Made by a program: the position numbers and the translations under genes. DNA of 63,546 nucleotides, counting the filler, from Parasitella parasitica NRRL 2501 (lineage: Eukaryota > Fungi > Mucoromycota), in the NCBI GenBank assembly GCA_025201805.1. It is 11 parts of 11 records of this genome, joined end to end, with 100 filler letters (N's around TTAATTAATTAA, not from the genome) between each part and the next. Parts side by side here need not be neighbours in the genome. Positions count along the whole stretch, not along the records: positions 50,738 to 52,559 come from MU619247.1; positions 52,660 to 54,787 come from MU619524.1; positions 54,888 to 58,890 come from MU619280.1; positions 58,991 to 61,994 come from MU619544.1; positions 62,095 to 63,546 come from MU619322.1; 6 more parts are not named here. One strand, written 5' to 3'. The notes beneath the pieces are model-generated. The model was given only the letters and a program-made list of their open reading frames with translations, made no database searches and had not been told where the DNA came from. Positions 51,330-63,546 of this stretch are shown one piece after another. Position 1 is the stretch's first letter. Each line of letters begins with the position of its first letter.

Positions 51330-52180
51330 AGTGGAGCATATATATTAATGAGTGTAAACGGAGCAAAGAGTGCATTGGCATGGGAGACTTCACAAACGAT
51401 GATACGTTCATCAAGTTCGAAGTCTATAAGTTGTAAGGTAAGTAAAGGGTTGAAAGATATTATACCACAATGGTAAGTCCATAAGGTAAAGGAAGCTTGG
51501 AATTGTAAATTTAATTGGTTTTGGACAGCACTGAGAGCATGAGATTCTTGTACACAAAGGAGATCAAGGTTTAAGGAGCGGAGATAGCTAATGAAGTCGG
51601 CACTAGTTTCGGGGGAAGATTTTTTGCATAAACCACGGCAGTTAAGAGAGTCGATGTTGAGATTACTATTATACATAAAAGAGGGGAGGTTGGTGTCAAA
51701 ATTAGGCATATTATTGTCATAGAGGTTGTAGTTTTGAATATGGGTACTCATTAGGCCAAGGGGGCTGAGTTGCCGTCAGCTCGGCTAGTAGAAGAGGTAA
51801 AAGTAGCAGAGATTGTCAAGTTCGAGTTTAATGTGTTGGCTTCCGTCATGTTCTCGTCGTCAGTAGGTCGCGGATGCGTTGGACAATGCGAACTAACCTT
51901 TCTTGGTGAATACGAATTGCCTCGGTTTGCAAGAACTCTATGTCGTTGTTGCCGTTGTATTTGGGGTCCCGAAGGAGCGAGGGGGAGAGAGGATCGAAAT
52001 CAGCCTCGATGGTGGTAGAAGCTTTAGCCATAGAGTCAATGACTTGTTGAGCATAGTCATTGTGTACAAAAAAGCCAATGTGGTGATTATCAGATAGTGG
52101 ATGTCAAGGATACGACTGATTTGGATGCCAAGACCAGCAAACCCTTTACGTACTTTAGAGATAGAATCACGACATCTAGT
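51330..52180 (-). mobile_element. L1-like LINE fragment: ORF1 3' end and ORF2 APE endonuclease start
   Basis: SLNCRGL, DLLCVQESH, INIYAP. Confidence 0.85.
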
Positions 52181-52181
52181 C

Positions 52182-52559
52182 TTTTTTTTTTTTTGTATTA
52201 AAGTGTATCTTTTATTAACATTTCATGATGAAACTATAGATTAGGTAAAGGCAAGGTCAAGGTGCCAGCTTAAACACTTGCCAAAGACGAAAGAGAAGAA
52301 AGTATTAAACCATGGTCCCGACGAACCATGTTAAAACATGCCGAAGCAATCCAAGGCTCCGTGTCTATGACACATCGCCAGTGATATTTCCATAATGTAC
52401 AGTACGCAGCACCAAGAGCCACCAGAACATCTTCATCCAGAATATCCATATCTTGAGAGCACAAGCCAGTGAGAGCTTGCCAAATGGACAAGTCAGTTGG
52501 GAGGAGGTCCTGCAGGGACAGCAAGGACACAACATCTCGCCAATACTGAGCTTTAAAAG
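52182..52559 (-). mobile_element. 3' end of L1-like LINE with poly(A) tail
   Basis: LWKYHWRCV ORF2 tail, short 3' UTR and A13; paralog of 62706-63070. Confidence 0.88.
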
Positions 52560-52659
52560 NNNNNNNNNNNNNNNNNNNNNNNNNNNNNNNNNNNNNNNNN
52601 NNNTTAATTAATTAANNNNNNNNNNNNNNNNNNNNNNNNNNNNNNNNNNNNNNNNNNNN

Positions 52660-53101
52660 AAATAATTCCACGTTGTCAAGTCAATTTTCTTTCTCTCTCC
52701 CTACGACATCCCAGCCAGTACCTGCCTCACAACAGCCAACATCTTCAGCAGCAGCAGGAACCGAAGGACTTGATATCACTATTCAAGCTTTCAAGAATGC
52801 TGAAACGTTACCTGCTCTTTGGCGTATTTGGTTTGATGGTCTTCCCGGTTTCCATCCGGTGTGTAAACTTGACAGAATACATGGAGTTAAAAATTGGAGA
52901 GGAACATCAAGTCTTTCAAAATTCTACCAACGCCGTCAAAAAGTAATTAAGCGAATGGAGATATTTATGCGTAGTGGAAACTACAACGAAAGTAACCAAA
53001 CTGAAGCAATTAAGATACTAGAAGAAAAAAGAACCCGCAACGAAAATGGTGCAATAAGCATTCATAATATATCAGAAAATCTTGATGAGTTCTTTAATTA
53101 A
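52660..53101 (+). mobile_element. GCR1_C-like DNA-binding domain, probably the C-terminus of a Crypton tyrosine-recombinase transposon protein
   Basis: TLPALWRIWFDGL...VCKLDRIHG..NWR...KFYQRRQKVI fits the GCR1_C pattern; TE-rich context. Confidence 0.65.
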
Positions 53102-53608
53102 ACCAGATACACATGTATCATAAAATATATCACCTCCGCACTAGTTTTTTTTCGTTTCCCTCATAGACATTGTCTCAATAAAGTTAAAAAATTTCTTTTA
53201 CGCATATTCTGATCCAAACTTTATTTATTTTACTGGGAGCGACTTTGATCAAAAATAACTCCAGTTATTTGTGATTATTTTCCCAAATAACTCGGGTTAT
53301 AAGCTAAGTCGCCATATCGGAAGTGGAAACTTTGTCGACTTTTGTCGACTTTTGGCGACTTTGAAAATTTATAATTCTATTTACTAGATAGAATAATCGA
53401 TGCCATTTAACCTTAGATCCGATCAGGAACAGTTGCCATGACAACTGAGTTGAAATAGTGGTAACCATGGTATTCTATGGATACAACATTATTGATTTAT
53501 CAGAATGAGAAACTATTTAAATAAAACAGTTGTGAATTAATCAGGTAAAAATCTCGTTTATTACATGGAAAAAATGATGGTTTATATACTAGTGAATCTA
53601 AGTGGACT

Positions 53609-53844
53609 TGTTATGTCAAAATAAGTCAGTAAAATGAATCTGCCAAAGAGTTATATTTTTATTAGAAACACATCCTCTGGATGTATTTATATAAACTAAC
53701 ATTATGTGCTAACGTCATCATACACAACTGTAACCAAGATTTATATATACAGAGCATGCGGTGTAAATCCCTGATTTACCACGCACATTGGCTTTTAGCC
53801 CCTTGATCTTGCTACAAGGTCTATGACATGTTATTGATATAACA
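53609..53844 (-). mobile_element. Solo LTR related to family A, TSD GGACT, inserted in repeat Y
   Basis: GGACT at 53604-08 and 53845-49; empty site AGTGGACTGATGGG visible at 26561. Confidence 0.92.
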
Positions 53845-54084
53845 GGACTGATGGGAGGATAAGATACAAGTGTGAGACATGGTGTGATTTAGAGAATGGA
53901 ACGATAGATCGTATCTATTATCCATGAACATGTCATGTTGAGTTATAAATAAGGAACATGATCCATTGGGATATGTTCCTGAATTGTGTTCAGGATTGAG
54001 TTTACTTGAGTTTGACTTCCGGTTGGGAAATTGACACATCAATTATGCCCAACTATGAAACTAATTCCAATTCTTTTATGCATA

Positions 54085-54497
54085 TGATCTGCCACAATTA
54101 TAGACAGGAGATCATGGCAATGTACTTCAATTGAAGATTGAAGATTGTCCAATGATGTGATGTGATACGCTTGTGTAAATTGGAGAATAAAGTCTCTGTT
54201 TCAAATCAAGATGGTTATTCCTGTAACACAGATCTGAGCACCAGGATAAAGGTTACGGCACTGTCAGATCAAAGGCGTGTATCCCTTGTGGTATAATAAC
54301 CTCATATCGTACCCTGTCAAGTAGATTGTCACTGTGAATTAGTCTTGTCAATTAGTAATCTAAATAAGCCACCATAAATTCATGTTTAGTTGTAAAAAAT
54401 ATAAATAGCAAATACAATTTCGATTTTAAATAAAGTATTTTTAAGTTTTCGTATCTCGTTAACATTTGGTTTTATTATCTTTTTTTTTTATCCAACA
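54085..54497 (+). mobile_element. LTR-like repeat family F (copies ~54608-54787, 55186-56121, ~57343-57706)
   Basis: Multiple similar copies TGATCTGCC...CCAACA. Confidence 0.7.
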
Positions 54498-55474
54498 CAC
54501 ATAACCAAGTACGGTATTTTAACATCGATGTTTCTAACACATTTGTAAACGACATGCATGGACCAGTCCTTACATTTGTCTATGCGTTCCAAATGTGGTT
54601 TGTGGTCGATCTGCCATAATGTAGGTTAGGAGATCATAATAGTGTACTTCAATTAAAGATTGGAGATTGTCCAATGATGTGTTGTTATACTTGTCGAAAC
54701 AGGAGAATAAAGTCTTTGTTTCAAATCAGGAAGGTTATCTGTAACACAGATCTGTATGATTGACAAACAATAAGGTACTGTCAGATCNNNNNNNNNNNNN
54801 NNNNNNNNNNNNNNNNNNNNNNNNNNNNNNNTTAATTAATTAANNNNNNNNNNNNNNNNNNNNNNNNNNNNNNNNNNNNNNNNNNNNAGATGTTTCAATT
54901 TTTGTTCTCGCATGAGCACATTTATCGCCTTAACCTAGCTCGATAAGCACTTTTTTTGGCTTTAAAGAATGTTCCCGTGCATGCACATCAATATTCTCAT
55001 AAGAACATCGCCGACGCCATAGTGCTCCCAGATGTTAACATGCTATAATAAACTTATTACCTTAAAGAGTAAAACGTCAAATCACAAAATAATACGACAT
55101 GACATTTGAATAAGATACAATCTACCCTGTCTTCTGGATCTCATTGTTATTGCAGTAAATTTGAAAGACTTACGAAAAAAAAAATTGATCTGCCTTAATT
55201 ATAGGCAGGAGATCATGGCAATGTACTTCAATTGAAGATTGAAGATTGTCCAATGATGTGATGTGATACGTTTGTGTAAGTTGGAGAATAATGTCTCTGT
55301 TTCAAATCAAGAAGGTTATTCCTGTAAGTAACACAGACCTGAGCACCAGGATAAAGGCTAAGGCCCTGTCAGATCAAAGACGTGTAGCCCTTGCTGTATA
55401 ACCTCATATCGTACCCTGTCAAGTAGATTGTCACTGTGAATTAGTTTTGTCAGTTAGTAATTTAAATAAGTCAC

Positions 55475-55995
55475 TGTCAGGAACTGTGAGCTTGGCAAGA
55501 TAATTGATTCTGTGAGTGGTGTGTTTATTATAAAAGACTTGATATTGATAATAGACTTAGGATAATTGACAAGGAAAGGAAAGAGTTATGAAAGTGAATC
55601 GTATTTATATCTTTCGATATGAAACACGATTACTAATAATTACATGGGAACTAGATACAGTTCCGTTACATAAACACATGGGACCTGCGTAAGGTTTGGT
55701 TACATAATTCGTAGGGCATGAGCTCAATGGTGTAGGTTTTAGTCGGGAAGAGTCGTGGGTAACATTGATTGCTTGGCGTGAGTCTTGATTGGTGTTGGTT
55801 TCACTTGGTGTGGGATATCAAAACATGAGAAGCTTGGCATAAGTCTTGATTGGTGTTTGTCTTGAACTGTGGAACATTACATGGTTTATGATTATGCAGT
55901 GCTTGAGTACGCATGAATCACATGTGATCTACACGCTGACATAATCTCGATCTGCATGAATTCTTGATATACTTTGACAGGCGTAGTTCATGACA
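55475..55995. mobile_element. Solo LTR G, TSD GTCAC, nested in a family F copy
   Basis: TGTCAGGAAC...GTTCATGACA terminal IR; GTCAC at 55470-74 and 55996-56000; host repeat resumes on both sides. Confidence 0.9.
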
Positions 55996-56179
55996 GTCAC
56001 CATAAATATATGTAGTTGTAAAAAGTCTAAATAGCAGATGCAATTTCGATCTTAAATAAAGTATCTTTAAGTTTTCATATCTCGTTAAATTTGGTTTTTT
56101 ATTATCTTTTTTAACCCAACAGCCAGTAAATTCAGCACCAACAACAGCAACAACAACATCAGCAACAATATCAACCTCA

Positions 56180-56838
56180 ACAACAACCGACCCAGTAGCA
56201 GGTCGGCTCAGCAAACATCATCATCAACAATGGACAATTATCACAACCAATTCCTTCGCTATCAACACAGTACAACATGGGTACCAAATCCCATTCCATA
56301 CAACTCCTCCAACTACAACCACACCAACATCTATCACTCCCTTCTCAGCCGATCAAGCCATCCAAGATCTCCTGAACAAATCAGCCATCGAGAAGGTGCC
56401 TCCTCAGCAAGTACAACAAACTGCAGGCTTTCACAGCTCAATGTTCGTCATCCCAAAGAAGAATGGGGGTGTACGTCCGGTCTTCAACCTGAAGCAACTC
56501 AATCAGTATCTCAACGCACCTCGCTTCAAGATGGAAACAATACGGGAAGTATCACTTATGATCAAGCAAAACGATTATTACCTAGTTTCTATCAATTTAT
56601 CAGATGCCTTCCTATAATACATATATGCATATAGGTCTCCACCAAGAGTCAAGACGTTTTCTACGTCCGAAATGGAGGAACCAAGTCTACCAATATTGTA
56701 CAACAGCCTTTGGTTTGGCTTCCAGTCCACTTGTCTTTACCAAAGTATTATGCAGGCCCATCTTGGAGCACTTGCGCTCACTAGGTATCAGGATCTCAGC
56801 ATACTTAGATGACTGGCTTCTGATCGCAGAATCCAAGT
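56180..56838 (+). mobile_element. DIRS/Ngaro-type (tyrosine recombinase) retrotransposon RT remnant
   Basis: GYQIPF, GFHSSMFVIPKKNGGVRPVFNLKQLN, FKMET, AFGLASSPLVFTK, AYLDDWL; frameshifted. Confidence 0.88.
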
Positions 56839-56840
56839 GA

Positions 56841-57342
56841 TGTATACGCACTGCTACATCTGCACTATATCAATTCCTACAAGTACTACGCTTGCTGATT
56901 TACTGCAAATATATTATATGATTGTATCAGATACGAATCAGAATAATATCTCAACGGTCACTGGATATCGCAATGTCTTGGCTGCCATGACATCAACAAG
57001 ATATGCGGACTTGCTCAAATGTCAAGGTGCAAACAAACTATTTGATATGTTACATCAGCTCATATTCTTGGATCAATCTCAACAATAAAACATATCAAAC
57101 CAATTGACAACAATAACACGGTGTATTTTCTATTCGTTCATCAACAGTGACAACATACTATCACATTAATCTATTGGTTATTACAGCTACTACCATCTCA
57201 GTTGTAGTAAATAATTGAAGATATAAATACCCTGTATTTATATCATAATAAACGAGATACTTCTTTTATTGTTCGGATACAGTTGAGAGCTGTGAATTAT
57301 TACAAGTCTCTTTTTATTGTATTGAAATATCTGAAATATACA
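56841..57342. mobile_element. Probable LTR H
   Basis: TGTATA...TATACA terminal IR, sharp borders, TATA and AATAAA; no TSD. Confidence 0.55.
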
Positions 57343-58990
57343 TCAATGTGTTGTTATACTGGCCGAAACAGGAGAATAAAGTCTTTGTTTCAAATCAGGA
57401 AGGTTATCTGTAACACAGATCTATATGATTGACAAACAATAACGTACTGTCAGATCAAAGATCAATAACCTTGTAGTATAATAATATATCGTACCCTGTT
57501 AAGGATATGATGTTGCTTGAAAATTAATCTTATCGATTACTATCGACTAGTATATTAAATAAGTCACCAAAAATTTATGTTGTTGTAAAAAGTATAAATA
57601 GCAGATGCAAAGTTGAATCTTTAATAAAGTAATCTCAAGTTTTCGTATCTCGTTAATTCAACGTTTTATATTACACTTTTCTTATTTCGATCTTTCAGAT
57701 CTCAACATCCCAATAGATCATCTTCCTTATTTATAACTCAACATGTCATGTTCATGGAAAATAGATACAATCTATCGTTCCATTCTCTAAATATATAAAT
57801 CACACCATGTCTCACACTTGAATCTTATCCTCCCATCAGTCCACTTAGATTTATTAGTATATAAACCATCATTTTTTTCATGTAATAAACGAGATCTTTA
57901 CTTGATGATTAATTCACAACCGTGAAACCGCGAAGCATTTATAAAAGAAATATGTATATAAATCGAACCAGAAACCACATTTGGAACGCATAGACCAATA
58001 TAAGGACTGGTCCATTCATGTCATTTACAAATGTGTCAGAAACATCGATATTAGAATACCGCACTTGATTATGTAAAATCAAATACAGAAAAACTTGACT
58101 GACAGTAACTGACTGACAGACCGTTTACAACAACGAATATAAATAAGAGTAAAAATGTCTAACCTTTGCACGTTATCTTATTTCAAAATAAAGAAGGAAT
58201 TAAATTGTATCTATTGTTGATTTTACACTTTTTTACTACAATTACCTTTTTGCCCGCCTAAGGCCTATAATGCAATCTCTGACATTTTTACAAGCTATTA
58301 AGCGATAGAGACATAACCTTCAGCCAAATTCTTGTTTTTTTTTGCACCATTCTACAACATATCCGAGCTTTATGCATCTCTGGCCATTTTTCATATTTTG
58401 TTATGTTTGGACCCCAAACCTCATATTCGATTTTCAAGTTTCAACTTTGGGTCAACCTTCAGGGTCATTTTTAGGCACGGATTTGGGGTCCAAGCCAAGT
58501 ATACAACCAAGTACTGGTATGATAACTGTACCTCACCACGTCTTCCGATTCTCGATATCTATCTTTGTTGTCGAGATATTACCAAAACTATATTTTGCAG
58601 ATTTTGCAGATTTTACAGCACATGTTCCTATAACAAGTACCAAATTTTGCAATTAAATCATGTTTAAGTTCCTAAGTAAAGTAATAAAGCACGTTTTGAT
58701 ACACCTATTGGTAATAAACATGTCGTATTCAAGCTCCAAATCGACAAGCTTGAGCCAGTGTTGTCTTTTTACGTTAAAATTTGTCCGCCTGTTTTTCAAC
58801 AAACTATTATAGCACTTTGGCTTGAGTGATTATTAAAATCTTTTTAAAACCTGATTCTCTACTAGATGTATTACTTTTTAGACAGATATANNNNNNNNNN
58901 NNNNNNNNNNNNNNNNNNNNNNNNNNNNNNNNNNTTAATTAATTAANNNNNNNNNNNNNNNNNNNNNNNNNNNNNNNNNNNNNNNNNNNN

Positions 58991-61900
58991 ACATATTTAT
59001 ACTTTTTCAAATTTCGTCCCCTTATTTTCTTACCTCCTATTTTTAGTTTCCAACATTTCTCCTACTACTAGAAAAGACACCCAAGCCAAAACAACTCCTA
59101 TTCTTAGCAGCCAGGAATCAGGTATCACTTCAGGCACCATCCTTACACACCGAATCGCTAAGCGCAATCACACCACCTCGGGTGCAACCAAAACCCCGGC
59201 AGCCAAAAAAGTAGCTGCTTCACCTTCAACTGCTACATCGCACACAGATCCATCTGCACGCTCACCACCTAATATGGATAACAACACTACTATTTTGGAA
59301 CAAAAGTTCGAATTAATGCAAAACGAGTTTCTTGAAATTAAAAAGGAAATCACTCTCATGAAGCAATTACAAGATGAAAATGCCGGCCTAAAATCACAAT
59401 TGGCAGCAGCCCTGCTTGAAAATGAACAGCTCAAGATTCAACAGAAGAAAATCACCATTGCCAACACTAATGCCGCCAATCAGCAACAACCAGCTAGCTC
59501 ATCTTCTACTATGGACAGCCAATGGGCCAATGCCGTTCGATCCAACATACCTCAACAAACTCAACAACAACAGCAAAAACAACAAAATCAAAACACCCAA
59601 AAAAATAAGCAAAATCAGAAAAACCAAAAAAATAAGAAAAATACTAACAAAACATCTTCTCCTCCCTCAGCCAAGATGCTTGATTGGGCCTATCGTGGAT
59701 TCACTGAGGCTACTGGTCCCACTGGCTACCAGTTTATCCACTTTCGCAATCCCACCCGCACTAACCAACGCACAGTTAGGAAGCGTTTGGCCATCATTGG
59801 TATCTCTAACCGCCGTGTGTTAGCTGTTCAATTTCCTACTAAGGGGGTTATTTCCCTCTTAGTTCATAATGCATATGCTGAGGAGATCAAGGCATCACTG
59901 GCACGCGGGAAGGTCACCCCTATGGCATTCGATCCTCACCATGAGAGTGTCATTTGTGACCCTACACATGCTAACCTCTCTATCCCACAGAAGCAGCAAA
60001 TGGCTTCTGACATCTACTATAATAGAATGCTAAAGCTATGCTTAACTATGAAACCAACTCATGTTGGATCATCAATCATTCGCTATTTCCACCAGGCACA
60101 GGATCGTTTCTCCTTGCCTGATCACATTGTGGAAAAATTCTTTGCCTCCCGTGCTGACTCACAACAACAAACCACCACCACCTCAGCACAACCTTCTCAG
60201 CAACCAGCAACATCAACACCCAACAATTTGGAACTTGAAGACCTTCGTGAGGAGGACTTCATGTCTGATGCGGAGGGAGACCAAGAACAATAATATATAT
60301 GATTAATAAACTCTCACTAGGTTTATTAAACGCATCAGGCCTCAACAACTCGCTTGATGAACTTATGATATATGCAAACACTAAAAAATTACACCTTATG
60401 TTTATTACCGAAACTTATTTACTATGCGACAATTTTAAGACTCATTGGAAACAACACCACACCTATGCCCAAAAACCACCAAATGCAGCTCGAGGATTTG
60501 GAGGTATCTCATGCTTAATTCACCCTTCCTTCTCCTCTAGCTTTGCCATACACCAACTCTCATTCAACAACCCATACACTCTTTCATTACAAATCAGCTG
60601 CTACACCATTCATTGTCTCTATTTGCCTCCCCAATTATCACTCCTTGAGGTTGAGACAATTTTGAATTCTCTAACAATTGATAGCAAAACCATCATTTTA
60701 GGCGACTTCAATGTACGTCTAGGATCCATCACAGGTGATGCTCGGTCAAATGAGCGTCAGGATCTATTTATTACCTGGCAACACAACAATCATTTACACC
60801 TTTGGAATACAACCGAAGCTTATGGTCAAGCAACTTTTCAACGCAGCAATGGATCCAGCATCATTGATTTTATACTGACGCAGCCCACTCAACTCTCGGT
60901 GCACGACTTTCAAATCCACGACGAGGAGTCGTTTAGATCTGACCATTTACTGGTCACCTCCTCCGTCTCCTTACCTACACCACCTACAGCCTTACCGCCA
61001 CCAAATCATGCCCGTCTACAATGGAAACTCCAGCGCCTTAATGAGCCTGATGTATATACGCTCTATGTCAATTTGTTCACTGCTGAAAGCCAGCGTATCA
61101 CTGAAACCATCAACAGCATAGACACCCTGCAATCGTACCAACAAATCGAGGATATTGGTAAATCTATTAACAATGCTATTTACTCTTCCTTAGATCACAG
61201 CGTTACCAAATCGACATTACGGCCCAAACATTGGCAGTGGTTTTGGTCTCAGGAATTGGAAATATTAGCAGCACACAAAAAGAAGAAGCACCTTCAGTGG
61301 CGTAAGTCTTTGCCTTTTCGCAATGATCTTCGTACAGCAGCACTATGGACACAATATGTTACAGCCAACCAGCAATTCAAAGCAAAATTGACCCAACACC
61401 GCTCCATGTTGTGGAGACAATTTTGTGATGAACTAAAAACAACTAACAGCAACAACATCAATCGCTACATCAAACGACGCTTCAAATCCACCTCCAACAA
61501 GACAGCATATACCTCACCAGCTGGCCCACAACAAGCTGTCGATGATTTGAAAGCTCACCTTGAAACTGTCTTTAGTGGATCACATCGAAGCTTACGCTTA
61601 CCAACAAGTGGATTTCCTTATCTTGAGCCACCCACAACAGAGGCTGATCATTTCAACTTTACAACCATCCTGGATGCCATCAATAAATCACTACCATCAC
61701 GTAAGGCTCCAGGATCGGACCATATCACAGCTGAGATGCTTCGGCCTATCGCTCTTCCACTATCAAAGCCTCTTGAGCCTTTTCTCAATCTTTGCTATCG
61801 CTATAGTTGGATCCCACTGGATTGGCGAACGGCCCAAGTGGTACCCATATACAAAAAGGATAGCCCTAACAACGCTGCTAACTATAGACCGATATCACTA

Positions 61901-61994
61901 ACATCGACATTTCGCAAATTGCTAGAACGTTTATTGTTATCAGAGCTTTTAGATACTATGCATGCACTCGACAGTGTTCAAGGTGGATTTCGGC
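58991..61994 (+). mobile_element. Non-LTR retrotransposon (second family): ORF1 59274-60293, ORF2 from 60300 (APE endonuclease plus RT start), cut by the contig end
   Basis: LNASGL, FITET, LGDFN, SIIDF, SDH (EN); KAPGSDHI, VVPIYKK, NYRPISLTS, QGGFR (RT). Both ORFs uninterrupted. Confidence 0.93.
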
Positions 61995-62094
61995 NNNNNN
62001 NNNNNNNNNNNNNNNNNNNNNNNNNNNNNNNNNNNNNNTTAATTAATTAANNNNNNNNNNNNNNNNNNNNNNNNNNNNNNNNNNNNNNNNNNNN

Positions 62095-62705
62095 GACCCA
62101 TCATCTTTATTATCATAAAGACTGATAGGCCTAAACTCCACAGCAGCCGAAATTTGAGAGTGGATCAACTTGTATGCTTCCACACGATCACCAAATAACC
62201 TTTTTGCAAAGGAGAACAAAACAGATCCAGAAGTTAAGGCTTGCTGTACAATAGCCATAGCCTTGTGAGCCAAAATTTGACTTTTCAAGTCAACATCTTC
62301 GTATAACACCGTTCCTACCAAAGGAATAGAGTCCTTGACAATCATACGTTGGCGACTAGGTTGTAATATCTTGGTTGGGACATTACGAGAAGCCAAAGTG
62401 GCCCAAGTGGTACCTAAATCTTGAGGAGAGTTTTCAGCCATAGTTAGGAAAAAATTCACCTGAAAATTTCTAAGTTGAAAATATGGAGTGTAACTTTGTG
62501 GTGTTTGTAGCCTGAGAATCAAAAAAGTTGCAAAAAGTGAAAAAGTTGAATAAAACGGATAAAACAAGTGATCTTGAGTTGAAATTGAGATATGTTGTAG
62601 AACAGAAACGGATGTATCTAGTAAACTAAGGATGCAAGATGGATGTATCGTAGTTGTCGAGATATCGTCGTTTGAAAATGGCGTAAAACAGAACTTGTAA
62701 AAAAG
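62095..62705 (-). mobile_element. L1-like LINE 5' UTR and ORF1 start (ATG 62441)
   Basis: ORF homologous to the 31624 fragment; lies directly downstream of the LINE tail at 62706. Confidence 0.7.
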
Positions 62706-63546
62706 TTTTTTTGTGTATGAAAGTGTATCTTTATTAAAAGTTCATTATGAAACTATAGATTAGGTAAAGGCAAGGTCAAGGTACCAGCTTGAACACTTGC
62801 CAAAGAAGAAAGAGAAGAAAGTAGTAAGCCATGATCCTGACGAACCATGTTTAAACATGCCGAAGCAATCCAGGGCTCCGTGTCTATGACACATCGCCAA
62901 TGATATTTCCAAAGTGTACTGTACGCAGTACCAAGAGCCACCAGAACCTCTTCATCGAGCATTGACGAATCTTGAGAGCAGAAACTAGTCAGAGCTTGCC
63001 AGATGGACATGGTATTGGGGAGGAGATCCTGCAGGGACAGCAAGGATACAACATCTCGCCAATACCGGGCTTTGAGTGGACAGCCAACAACAAAATGGAA
63101 CAGGTCTTCTGGAACAAGACCACACAAAGCACAAAGAGGAGAAGGAACTTTAGCTGGAGCTACACGATGGCACCAAGATCGGTGAGCTACGCGATCATGT
63201 AGCAATCGCCACCAAGGTGTGAATGCTTTTGCTGGCGGGTCCAGGGACCAAAAAAAGACACCAATAAGGAGGAGGTAATCGCAAATGGACAGACAGAAGA
63301 AGTGGAGGACCCATACGAGAGGTAATGATATCCTTTGCAGGATGCCAATACCTTCGCAGGGCGTTCAACGACAAGCGAGCCACAGGGACAGAAGAACGAG
63401 AGGAATTAGAAATTGTCCAGTGGGAGCAATCTGGCATCCACGAAGAAGCACCATCAGAACGGGGCATAGTATGATAGTCTGCACGACACAAGACTATCTT
63501 ACTATCCATGACAGGCGGGAAAACCAGAGAGACAGGACCAAGATCT
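62706..63546 (-). mobile_element. L1-like LINE ORF2 3' end with CCHC (zf-RVT) and A7 tail
   Basis: CALCGLVPEDLFHFVVGC, LWKYHWRC, stop 62753; frameshift near 63200. Confidence 0.9.

Overview
Eukaryotic, intron-containing, AT-rich fungal DNA. Gene set, short introns and TE types suggest Mucoromycota/Mucorales (inference). The left part (1-~23.2 kb) is gene-dense: 3' part of a group III HAMP hybrid histidine kinase, a decayed transposase-like gene with an embedded 3'-5' exonuclease-like domain, an MDH fragment, SIN3, VTC1, TRP4, an unknown multi-exon gene, GDP-mannose pyrophosphorylase, an Aurora kinase, and an unannotated two-exon 53-aa secreted Cys-rich peptide gene. The right part (~24-63.5 kb) is a set of short contigs joined by artificial N44-TTAATTAATTAA-N44 linkers. 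It is almost all nested TEs (Ty3/Gypsy and solo LTRs, L1-like and other LINEs, CACTA/CACCA, Helitron, DIRS, Crypton-like, piggyBac-like), plus tRNA-Pro(AGG) and the 5' end of RAT1/XRN2. Adjacency across linkers is not evidence of genomic adjacency. All family calls come from motif recognition by eye, not database searches.
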